Below, in pieces: positions 16,960-25,635 of a DNA stretch of 28,154 nt. Every line of letters starts with the position of its first letter. The stretch's first letter is position 1. The notes beneath the pieces are model-generated. The model did not search any database. It saw only the letters and a list, made by a program, of their open reading frames with translations, and was not told where the DNA came from. A program made the translations under genes and the position numbers. The DNA is from a virus (Duplodnaviria; Caudoviricetes), in the IMG/VR virus record IMGVR_UViG_3300032103_000258, positions 1 through 28,154 of that record. One strand, written 5' to 3'.

Positions 16960-17412
16960 TTAGGCCACCGCTCTGTAGCCTGCTTGGTTGAACGCTGGAG
17001 GCTGTTCGTCCTTGTCAAACGCCAGGATGTCCCACTTGAGCTTCGAGGTCACTTGGGCCTTCAAGAACGCCGCGTTGCCAGTACCCACGGCCGTGGCCTT
17101 AAACTCGATGTAGTAGCCAGACGGGTTGGCATTTATCGTTCGGTGACCACCACCAGGTACCAACGATACCACAGGGCCAAGCACCGTGCGGCCGCTTGAC
17201 GGACTGCGGTCCAGCGCTTGAAACATTTGGAGGGTGAAAGAAGACGTCCCCGTATTCTCCAGGATGAATTGAGTAGCGTGCTCCTCTCGCGGAACAACTG
17301 GAGGCATGGGTGCTCCGCGGACGAGCAACCGAGCGGTCACATATCCTGACACCATCGGGGCGTGAACAGTCGTCGTCCGCGCAATCGGATAAAGGTATTC
17401 GCCGGGAAGCAT
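16960..17412 (-). CDS. Hypothetical beta-rich protein, possibly virion-associated
   Basis: 150-aa ORF, last gene of a three-gene minus-strand operon. Confidence 0.65.
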   Translation of the reverse strand: MLPGEYLYPIARTTTVHAPMVSGYVTARLLVRGAPMPPVVPREEHATQFILENTGTSSFTLQMFQALDRSPSSGRTVLGPVVSLVPGGGHRTINANPSGYYIEFKATAVGTGNAAFLKAQVTSKLKWDILAFDKDEQPPAFNQAGYRAVA

Positions 17413-17418
17413 AAAGGG

Positions 17419-18540
17419 TTAGTCGTTGTAGGAGTTTGCGTCAGCGCCTTCTTCGCCTTCTTCGCCTTCAGGCTCTCCTGGTTCAGGTTCCTCGCCCGCC
17501 ATGCTCGCCAAGAAGTCTCTGATCTGCCTGAGGAGTTCGAGGGCTTCATCGCTGGATTCATCGCTGGATTCATCGCTGGATTCATCGCCTTGACCGGCTT
17601 GGAGCTCTGGCGCCGTGGGCTTCACGTCAGCACCGGCGGACGCCTCAAGCTCTTCGCACAGCTTAATTTCTGCTGTGTACTTGTTCATACCTGATCTATC
17701 TACTGAGTCTCCCAAATCGGTTCGCCGTCGACGCCTTGTAGGTGCAGCGCCGCCTTCAGGCGGAACAGCGCCGCCTTCAGGGGCGGTAAACCCGTTCGTG
17801 GGATTTCGTGGGTTTGGCGCCGTCCGTGGATTGTCGCGAGAGGGCAAAGGTTCATCCGCAGAACCTTCAGGTTCAACCTGAGGCTCACCGGGAGGTGGGG
17901 CGTTAGATGGAAGCTGGCCCCGGTTGCGTTGGACCCGCGTGGATTGAACGGCGGACTCTCGGTCACGCGCCTCTTGATCTTCATCAGGCGTGTCAGTCCA
18001 GCGATCGTCAGCATACTGCATCAAGGTCCGCATCATGCTGCTGGTATCCGGAGACCCCTGGCCAAAGGCCTCGTCAGACGTAAGACCTGTGATGTAGTCC
18101 TTCAACCGAATGACGTGCTTGCAGATTCCAGGCACCGAACCTGGATTAGTCTTGCGTGGAGCTCGGTTCCACGCACGGTTCATGCTTCCTGAACCCACCA
18201 CGCTAGACCCCCGCTGCTTGACTGCCCACGCCCAACGATACTTGAAATCCGGGCAGGTACAATCTACCAAACAGTCCAGCTCTTCGAGTGGACGCGGACT
18301 CCGGGGCTTGAAAAACTTGATGTAGCCATGGTGGCGCTTTCCAGTTGTGCTCGGAAACGACTTGAAGTTGAAGACGTGAAAGACGGCGTCCTCGAAGGTC
18401 TCGATCTTCAACGGACCACCGCGCACAGTCTGAGAGCGCGCAACCCGCCGGGGCTCGGCGTAGTTCATCAGTTGGCTGAACGACATGCGCTCATCCAAAT
18501 ACTGGCGGGCCTCACAGAGCAACTGAGTAAGCGCGCTCAT
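17419..18540 (-). CDS. SWIM-type zinc finger protein with low-complexity Pro-rich/acidic C-terminus
   Basis: VDCTCPDFKYRW...GICKHV (CxC...CxH). Confidence 0.75.
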   Translation of the reverse strand: MSALTQLLCEARQYLDERMSFSQLMNYAEPRRVARSQTVRGGPLKIETFEDAVFHVFNFKSFPSTTGKRHHGYIKFFKPRSPRPLEELDCLVDCTCPDFKYRWAWAVKQRGSSVVGSGSMNRAWNRAPRKTNPGSVPGICKHVIRLKDYITGLTSDEAFGQGSPDTSSMMRTLMQYADDRWTDTPDEDQEARDRESAVQSTRVQRNRGQLPSNAPPPGEPQVEPEGSADEPLPSRDNPRTAPNPRNPTNGFTAPEGGAVPPEGGAAPTRRRRRTDLGDSVDRSGMNKYTAEIKLCEELEASAGADVKPTAPELQAGQGDESSDESSDESSDEALELLRQIRDFLASMAGEEPEPGEPEGEEGEEGADANSYND

Positions 18541-19217
18541 TCTCCTTGTGACTCCACACCGTACATTCTGGCCTTGGGGTGAACGTTCGCGCCACCTCCC
18601 TTGATAAACCGCATGGAGTGAACAGGCGTCTTGAACGCTGGATTTGACGTCGCTGGAAGTTGACTGACCCCGGAATACTTGGGTTCAGGATGAACCTGCT
18701 TCGCAAACTTGTAATCCTCAGGAGTTCCGTACGGGGTCCACGTTTTCTTCTTACCATGTCGCTCTCTGTGGTAACGCATCTCGTCTGCGCCGAAAAGAGC
18801 CACAGCCGCTGGAATAACCTTTCGGGCATAGCCAGACAGCTTATCGACCACCAGCACGTCGGTTTCAAACGCGATTTGAAAATGGTCAGACAGCCACTGC
18901 TGGTGTTCTTTCGAAAGATCGAGCGGATTCCCACCACGAGACACCACGACAACCTTTTCAGGGGTCACAAACACGGCGCCCAACCCGTAGTTGTCCACCA
19001 GAAATTGAAATGAATTGACGAAGTCTGACACGATTTCATTGCGGCGGTCCTTGCCACGTGACCAAACGTCAATGAACTTCTGCACTCCACTGCCGATGGT
19101 GCCAGCAGGCATTGGAACATAAACAGCACCGCTGGAAGAGAGATACCCTTTTCCAGTTGTGTCGAAAAATGCGGCGCCCGATTGGAAAAGCGCTTCAATG
19201 ACATGGCGAGCGTTCAT
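18537..19217 (-). CDS. Hypothetical protein
   Basis: 226-aa ORF; GTAGTTA 6 nt before the ATG; ATGA overlap with the next gene. Confidence 0.72.
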   Translation of the reverse strand: MNARHVIEALFQSGAAFFDTTGKGYLSSSGAVYVPMPAGTIGSGVQKFIDVWSRGKDRRNEIVSDFVNSFQFLVDNYGLGAVFVTPEKVVVVSRGGNPLDLSKEHQQWLSDHFQIAFETDVLVVDKLSGYARKVIPAAVALFGADEMRYHRERHGKKKTWTPYGTPEDYKFAKQVHPEPKYSGVSQLPATSNPAFKTPVHSMRFIKGGGANVHPKARMYGVESQGE

Positions 19218-19234
19218 GTGTTCTAACTACCACC
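19218..19234. promoter_or_regulatory. 17-bp divergent intergenic region with overlapping GTTCT (+) and GTAGTTA (-) motifs
   Basis: CAT-GTGTTCTAACTACCACC-ATG. Confidence 0.6.
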
Positions 19235-21181
19235 ATGCCTATACGGTTGAAACGTTTGGCCCTTCGAAATTGGACCACAATCCGAAGGGCTGAAATTGGG
19301 TTTCCTGAAAAGGGGCTTGTCCTGGTCGTCGGAAAGACGACTGAGGGAGGCGGCAAGAAAGAGTCCGTCGGCGCTGGTAAAACCGCTGTGGGAGAGGCCA
19401 TTTCTCGAGCCCTGCTCGGCGTCAGTGGGAGGTTTGAAAACACCGGTCACTTCTGTCACGACGAGGTGAACGAAGACATGTATGTGAAGCTCGAGGCTGA
19501 CTGCGACGGAGTATCGCTAGTCGTTGAGCTGGGTTACAAGTGCCGTGAACTTTCAAAGACCGGCGAAGGTTTGAGGTTCAAGTATGGTGACACAGAAATC
19601 AGTCGAAACAAAGTCACCGCCACGCGTGGCGAGCTGGTCAAGATTGTCGGGGTCACGCCAGAACTTGCCAACTGGGCAGTCTTTGTAGACGGCCAGAACC
19701 TGGACTTTAGCGGGCTATCTCAGCGCTCGTCAGTTGAGCTGTTAATGGCCGCGCTCCAGCAACCGCCGTGGTCCCAATACCACGAAAAGTCTAAGCGTGC
19801 GCTGTCCAACTTCAAGCGCGACCATGACAAAGCCCAAGCAGCGCATGAAGAAGCCCAACAATCTGTCGTGACACTGGACACCAGCACTCAAACAGCCGAG
19901 CGCGAATATGCGTCTGCTTTGCGATTCTTTGAGGCCCAAGAGGCACAGTTCCAAGAAAAGCTTCAAGCCGCGCTGTCCTCCAAGCAAGCACTTCAACAGC
20001 AGCTGTCAGACAGTGAACTTCGCACGCGCGAAATCAAAGTCGAGGTCAAGTCCATCGAAAACCGGGCAGCCGAAGCCTACAAGGCTGTTGACCAAAAACA
20101 CCGTGAGCTCGAACGCAAACTTTCCAGGGCTCGAAAATTCAAGCAGCTTAGGCAGAGCAAGGTACGGTCTCTTAACGAGGAAAAGACCAAAGTTTCTAGC
20201 GCAGTGCTGCGCATGAAATCAGCACCGGCTACCTGCCCAAAGTGTGGCAAGCCATGGGACGCGAAACACAGCCAAGACGAAATCCAAGAGCACGAAAAAC
20301 AAGTTGAACGCTTGTCGTCCAAAGTCACCTTCATCCTTGGCTTGGTTGAGGTCGCTGAGTCCAACGAGCGCGCGTACAACAGCCAGCTCCAAGCGGTCAA
20401 CGAAGAAGTTCGGGACCAAGGCGCCGAACGCCGATTGAGAGCTTTAAGCGAAGAGTGCGAAAACCTCGAGAAGCAAGACCGCGAGACCAACAAGAAACTG
20501 GTCGCGCAAGAGGCATTGATTAACCAACTGCGGCAAGGTCCCAACCGCGCAGAGGTTGACCGGCGCAAAGCCGTGCTTGACGACCGCTTAAGGTCCCTTG
20601 AAGGAGCCAAAACCAGAGTGTCCGAGAACGCTGCCGTCATCGCTGAAACTGCCGAGGCTGTCAAGGTCATGTCCTATCTGAATGAAGCTTTCAGCCCGGT
20701 AGGCATCCCAAACATCGTGTTGTCCAACTCCATCGACCCTCTCAATCACGTGTCACGCCGCATCAGCAACATCCTGACCGACGGCACAGTACAAATCACT
20801 TACAAAACTCGCCGAGTATTGGTATCTGGAGACGAACGTCCCGACCTCGACATTGAAGTCAACAACAAGACAGGGTCAAAGCGGCTTAAGGGAAGTTCAA
20901 AAGGCGAGACTGGCCAAATCAACTTGATCGTCGCCGAGACCATCGCTGAAGTGGGCAACGTCGCATCGCGCATCGGCTATCGCTGGTATGACGAGGTGGC
21001 CAATTCGCAAGACCCAGTGGTGCGCCAATGCGTGTTTCGCTATTTGAAAGAGGTTGCGAACGACCTTGGAATTTTGGTCTTCTTGGTTGACCATCACCCT
21101 GAAGCAGCAAACTTTGCTGACCACTTTTTGCTGGTCAGCAAAGTCGCCGAAAAGACGTCTTCTGTCGAGTGGGTAAAGTGA
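19235..21181 (+). CDS. SbcC/Rad50/T4 gp46-like SMC-family ATPase
   Basis: Walker A ...SVGAGKT, coiled coils around zinc hook CPKCG, signature SKGE, Walker B WYDEV, H-loop LVDHH. Confidence 0.93.
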   Translation: MPIRLKRLALRNWTTIRRAEIGFPEKGLVLVVGKTTEGGGKKESVGAGKTAVGEAISRALLGVSGRFENTGHFCHDEVNEDMYVKLEADCDGVSLVVELGYKCRELSKTGEGLRFKYGDTEISRNKVTATRGELVKIVGVTPELANWAVFVDGQNLDFSGLSQRSSVELLMAALQQPPWSQYHEKSKRALSNFKRDHDKAQAAHEEAQQSVVTLDTSTQTAEREYASALRFFEAQEAQFQEKLQAALSSKQALQQQLSDSELRTREIKVEVKSIENRAAEAYKAVDQKHRELERKLSRARKFKQLRQSKVRSLNEEKTKVSSAVLRMKSAPATCPKCGKPWDAKHSQDEIQEHEKQVERLSSKVTFILGLVEVAESNERAYNSQLQAVNEEVRDQGAERRLRALSEECENLEKQDRETNKKLVAQEALINQLRQGPNRAEVDRRKAVLDDRLRSLEGAKTRVSENAAVIAETAEAVKVMSYLNEAFSPVGIPNIVLSNSIDPLNHVSRRISNILTDGTVQITYKTRRVLVSGDERPDLDIEVNNKTGSKRLKGSSKGETGQINLIVAETIAEVGNVASRIGYRWYDEVANSQDPVVRQCVFRYLKEVANDLGILVFLVDHHPEAANFADHFLLVSKVAEKTSSVEWVK

Positions 21182-21229
21182 ACAAGTCTCCCTCAGCCTC
21201 GGGCTGATGAACTTCGCGTTACTGCCTAT

Positions 21230-21433
21230 TTAGGCCGCGACAGCAAAACGCACGGAGGTAATGTTACCCCGGCGTGAAGCACGAAGGCGGGCGTGGTTTC
21301 CATTCCCGTTGGCCGGGATATGCTCGTTGACGCCACTCATCCAACCTTCGTACACCTTGCGAGCCAGCGCCTCACGTCCTTCGCTGCGAAGCCGCGCGAT
21401 TACGTCTTGCTGATATGCGTTCAATTCTCGCAT
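21230..21433 (-). CDS. Small hypothetical protein
   Basis: 67-aa ORF behind a sigma70-like TGTACT-17 nt-TAACGT promoter, 6 nt to the ATG. Confidence 0.6.
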   Translation of the reverse strand: MRELNAYQQDVIARLRSEGREALARKVYEGWMSGVNEHIPANGNGNHARLRASRRGNITSVRFAVAA

Positions 21434-21530
21434 GTGTAAACGTTAACATATAGTCCGGTTCAAGTACACAGAAAGTTTACGCAAAAAAGTTAGTTATGCT
21501 AACCAATCTCTTGAAACTGTTCTTACTTTT

Positions 21531-22016
21531 GTGAAGAAAAACGAGCTCGTCAAGCGCAATTTGAATGAGGTCGCACCATGCGACGTCCCTGAACACCTGC
21601 GCGAAGACTTCATTGTCGAAGGCGAGCGCGAAGCCCAAGTGCTTGGAATTACTGGCAAGCTAATGCCGCACCCTGACGGCAAGAAACCGTCAATCACTGA
21701 CCGGGCCGCCGCCAAACTTCGAGAGCAGCTTGACCCACGTCTCGCCGAATACCGCAAGAAGGTCAAGACCGGAGAGTACGACCCAAAGAAGCACATCCAA
21801 GCTTACACAGGAGAAGAAGCACGTGCCATCGGGCTCATCGGTCCTGGAGGTCCGACACGACTGGATTTGCTGCTGGACGCTGCGCCTACTCAAATTGAAG
21901 CTGACCGCCTCATTGACAGCGGCCAAAAGCTGGCGCTACCCAGCTTGTCAGATACCGGAGAGATACCACCCACGCCCGCTCCTCAAATCGACCTGCTCCC
22001 TGGGGAAGAAGAGTAG
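21531..22016 (+). CDS. Hypothetical protein
   Basis: 161-aa ORF; GTTCT 7 nt before the GTG. Confidence 0.7.
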   Translation: MKKNELVKRNLNEVAPCDVPEHLREDFIVEGEREAQVLGITGKLMPHPDGKKPSITDRAAAKLREQLDPRLAEYRKKVKTGEYDPKKHIQAYTGEEARAIGLIGPGGPTRLDLLLDAAPTQIEADRLIDSGQKLALPSLSDTGEIPPTPAPQIDLLPGEEE

Positions 22017-22904
22017 TCAGTCCTTGTTCAGGTAGCTCTGATAGGACACTGTGTTGACCAAGTGCAGCGTGTTGTACAGCCGGTCTTTCACATCGTCGGC
22101 AAGCGCCGAGACCGACACCTGCGCAGCTTCGCTCGTGTTGGTGTGACTTGGGCGGTGGACAAAAACAAACGACGCGCCGATTGACGTAGGAAGGTTCATG
22201 TTTCCTGACCCTGGCGGTGTCAACCACGGGCCATTCAACGCCACCTTTACTTCGTCCAGGTAGCCCACGCAACTAACGCCAGGGGCGTCCGATCCAGCGT
22301 AGATCAGGTCCAGCATCACAGCCACCGGCGGACGCACATTGGCTGTCGACGCGTCAGACGTGATGCTGAAGCTTCTTGACGCCGGGTCATCGGCGCTCAA
22401 AGACAAGCTTTGTTCGGAAGTTGACTTTTTAGTCGAAGGTCCTGCTTTCGAAGGTCCTGCTATCTTGGTCGCCGTCGTACTTGTGCCGCGCTCGCCAATC
22501 GGCAGGATCATGGAGTGCAACTTGGCCGCGATGTCTAGAAGTGTCAACGCGCCTTGAGGGCAGTACTCATGGTCGAACGCGTGAAGCTTGAACGAGAACG
22601 GAATGCGCAATGGCTCGGTGTACTGGTACCACGCCACGGCGCCATCAGGCGACAAGTAAAGCGGGTGGGTGGCGTAAACTGCTTTGCGCGCCAACTCAAT
22701 CGAGTCAGGCATTGACGGAAAATTCAGGATGATGGCGTTCTGAACTGTCGCGTCGTTCCTGAGCTGGTTTAACCCGCTTGAGCGGCTGAAGCTTGACAGC
22801 GTCCCCAAGCGCCCGTTTACCGACGGTGCGTCGACAGACCAACGGGACGACCGATTGGCCCGGACATACGACTGGTTACGCACGAACTTTTGAGGGGTAG
22901 CCAT
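22017..22904 (-). CDS. Putative baseplate / tail-tube initiator-type protein
   Basis: TAATG-coupled to the tape measure stop; FPSMPDSIEL, YQYTEPLRIPFSFKL, PPVAVMLDL, GYLDEVKV pattern. Confidence 0.55.
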   Translation of the reverse strand: MATPQKFVRNQSYVRANRSSRWSVDAPSVNGRLGTLSSFSRSSGLNQLRNDATVQNAIILNFPSMPDSIELARKAVYATHPLYLSPDGAVAWYQYTEPLRIPFSFKLHAFDHEYCPQGALTLLDIAAKLHSMILPIGERGTSTTATKIAGPSKAGPSTKKSTSEQSLSLSADDPASRSFSITSDASTANVRPPVAVMLDLIYAGSDAPGVSCVGYLDEVKVALNGPWLTPPGSGNMNLPTSIGASFVFVHRPSHTNTSEAAQVSVSALADDVKDRLYNTLHLVNTVSYQSYLNKD

Positions 22905-25363
22905 TATTTCCACCGTCCTTTCGACGCGTTACCCATGGCTTCTTGAATTTTCAGCAGGCGGTCACGCTCAGCGCGCTTCTTTCCGTCCTCTACTGATTTT
23001 TCGTCTTCCTTCGCTTTCTTACGCATTTCGTTGAGCTGCTCGTCCGCGGTCACGCGCAGCTGTTCTGAAATCTCAAGCATACGGTCGTAGTATGACAGTT
23101 CATCTTCGGTCATGGCCACGCCATGCTGCTCTCGGACATCTTTCAAAAACCGTTGGTTAACGGCGTCTTCAACAACTTTCCAACTTGAACCGAGCGCAAG
23201 TTCAGCTTCCCTGCGCGTCTCCGGAGACTTAGCATGCTCACGGACACGCTTCTCAAACTCTTTGATCCCGGCAACGTCGCCCTGTTGGGCAAGCTCATGA
23301 ATCTGCTTATGGATCGCCTTCTTGTAATCGTCCTGCTGCTTGAACAGGTTGAGTTGCGCTTTAATCTCTTGGTCCTTGGCCTTGTGCACCGAATCAAACC
23401 CACGCTTAAGCGCATACGCCAGGCCGCCAACTATCAGGCCGCCAACTATCAGCAAAGCTCCTCCAGCAATCCCGATTGCCGCGCCAATTCCCTTGAGAAG
23501 AATTAGCGCTGGTTTAACGAGCGCCAGTAGCGTCCGTGAACCAACAGCGCGGCTGCCCAAGATTGCATCTTTGATACCCGTCAAGGCTCGCAAAACTCCA
23601 GCGCCGCCTCGAGCAGTACCAACTCTACGAATTGGGACTCCGGCCTGAGCTCTTCCACGCGGAATGCGTGAAACTCCACGGCCTCGTCCCCCACCGAACG
23701 TGTCTGGAAACAGTTCGCCTTGAGCCATCGGCGCACGGCGGTTTGCGACCGACGCACGGCGGTTTGCGACCGCTTGCGCCTTAGTAGCGGTAGCCGCGGT
23801 AGCCGCGTGCTTCGCCAAGTTCATCAGCGCTCGCCCAAGGGCGACGGCTGCAATACTGGCCTGGATCGCTTTGACCAGAAAATACGGGAAGGCCACCACT
23901 GCAATCGCCTGAAGGGCGACCAGGACCGGCTTGAACGTAATGATGGACTGGACAAACTTGGTCACCGCGTCAACCACCGACACCAGTATCTTGACCAGCG
24001 GCGTCAGCGCCTGGCCGAGCAACAGTCCACCGGCGTTGTACAACTGGCGCAATGACTGGCCAGTGTTCCGCATCTGGTTGTCGAACTGCTTTCTGAGGTT
24101 AAGCTCCTCGGCCGACTGCTTGTTGTTGGTCTTGATCGCTCTGGTCAAGTTAGCCAGCATCATGGAGTCGGTGCCAAGCTGCTGTGCCAACTGCTGCAAC
24201 ACCAGCACGCGCCCACGGTCATCCAGCCCGCGGGTCAGGTTCTCAACCATGTTGGCCAGCCCGACCGTAAACCTCTCAGCGGCCGCTTTGTTCTTGCCCA
24301 GGGTCGCCGGGTCAATGCCAAGCTGTTCAGCCAGGCCCATGCCCTCTATAGTGGTCGCTGCGCGATTGTAGAAGGCCGTCAGGTCACCGGCGGTGCCGGT
24401 TAATGACTTCATCTGGCCCTCAATCTCCATGAGGTACTCGGACACTTCTCCGAGCCCTCCGGCCTGTCCTGGGCGCATCAAGGCAAACGCCCGCGCCAGG
24501 TTGGACGACAGCCGCGCAGCCTCATCGGCCGACAGGGCGGTCTTAGCCACAACCCGCGCGATGCCGTCGGCCACGCGTTGGGTGTCCACACTCAGGCGTC
24601 CAAACGAGGCAACAAACTCGGCGGCGTCGGTGCCGCTCATGCCGTAGGCCCTGTGAAGCTGCAGCGCGAGCTTCACGTCCTTCTCGAGGTTATTGGTCAG
24701 GTCTCGGCCACGTTCGACCAAAGCCGACATGACTGTCGCAGTTTCAGAGACCGAAGCGCCAAGCTGCATCGCGGCCCGCAGCGACTGGCTGAAATACCGC
24801 GCCCGACCATCTTCTGCCGCACGGGCTTCCGCCATGTAGCGGTTCATGGTGAACCATAGGTCAGACGCTTTGGCCAGCAGCACCACGTACGCTCCGAGTT
24901 GCCAGTTGATGTGGCGGTGAAATTCGTCGTACTTCTTGACGGCTTCATTGCGCGCTTTTTCCCGCGCAAGGATGTCGTTCATGTAGTTGAACCGGGCTCT
25001 GAAGCTTTCCAGCTGCTCCTTGGCCAGCGCCGATTGGTCTCCAGCGGCTTTAACGTGCTCACGGTAAAACTGCGCAGCTTCTTCACGAAGCCACGACATG
25101 TCATTCCGCATCTTGTCAAGATTCTTCCCGAATGGAAATGTCGCAACCTCCTTCAACTGGTGAGTCGCGCCATGAATCTCACGACCGAGCTTGGTTTGAA
25201 GAAACAGCCAACCTCCTGCATACGTCGCAAGCCCACTGAACAGCTTGTTCGTCAGGTCCCACTGCTGCGCAATGACCGTGGAGTCCTTCTTTGTCTGCTG
25301 AAGCAGGTTGTTGACCCCGACTAGATTCTTGGCAGCATCCTCAATTGCGGTGGCTTGTGGCAT
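22904..25363 (-). CDS. Tail tape measure protein
   Basis: 819 aa, Ala/Leu/Gln-rich helical sequence with hydrophobic TM-like segments in the C-terminal half; followed by a baseplate-type gene. Confidence 0.8.
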   Translation of the reverse strand: MPQATAIEDAAKNLVGVNNLLQQTKKDSTVIAQQWDLTNKLFSGLATYAGGWLFLQTKLGREIHGATHQLKEVATFPFGKNLDKMRNDMSWLREEAAQFYREHVKAAGDQSALAKEQLESFRARFNYMNDILAREKARNEAVKKYDEFHRHINWQLGAYVVLLAKASDLWFTMNRYMAEARAAEDGRARYFSQSLRAAMQLGASVSETATVMSALVERGRDLTNNLEKDVKLALQLHRAYGMSGTDAAEFVASFGRLSVDTQRVADGIARVVAKTALSADEAARLSSNLARAFALMRPGQAGGLGEVSEYLMEIEGQMKSLTGTAGDLTAFYNRAATTIEGMGLAEQLGIDPATLGKNKAAAERFTVGLANMVENLTRGLDDRGRVLVLQQLAQQLGTDSMMLANLTRAIKTNNKQSAEELNLRKQFDNQMRNTGQSLRQLYNAGGLLLGQALTPLVKILVSVVDAVTKFVQSIITFKPVLVALQAIAVVAFPYFLVKAIQASIAAVALGRALMNLAKHAATAATATKAQAVANRRASVANRRAPMAQGELFPDTFGGGRGRGVSRIPRGRAQAGVPIRRVGTARGGAGVLRALTGIKDAILGSRAVGSRTLLALVKPALILLKGIGAAIGIAGGALLIVGGLIVGGLAYALKRGFDSVHKAKDQEIKAQLNLFKQQDDYKKAIHKQIHELAQQGDVAGIKEFEKRVREHAKSPETRREAELALGSSWKVVEDAVNQRFLKDVREQHGVAMTEDELSYYDRMLEISEQLRVTADEQLNEMRKKAKEDEKSVEDGKKRAERDRLLKIQEAMGNASKGRWK

Positions 25364-25365
25364 CG

Positions 25366-25635
25366 CTAGTCATCGAGAAGCTGGTTAACCAACGCGTCCA
25401 CAAGGCTCTCGCCAGGTCGCGTCTTAGGAAGTGATTTGCCCGACGTCGTCTGCCCAAAACCCTTGTTAGCAAAACCCCGCTTTCGCGGCTGCTGGTTGGT
25501 CACTTCAGCCGCCGCGTCTTGGTATGCCTGAGGTTTCCAACCGGCCGTCATCGCTTGGCGAGAGGTCATGTTATGGTACCGACGCGCGGCCAGTCCACCC
25601 AGGTTCACCTTTCCTGTTTTAGAGTCGTCACGCAT
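25366..25635 (-). CDS. Small basic hypothetical protein
   Basis: TAATG-coupled to the sigma gene; ends GESLVDALVNQLLDD. Confidence 0.7.
   Translation of the reverse strand: MRDDSKTGKVNLGGLAARRYHNMTSRQAMTAGWKPQAYQDAAAEVTNQQPRKRGFANKGFGQTTSGKSLPKTRPGESLVDALVNQLLDD

Noticed and set aside
19235-21181. Intein or intron in the ATPase, sheath or capsid genes
   Set aside because: No Hint motifs or unexplained interruptions; lengths fit the families.
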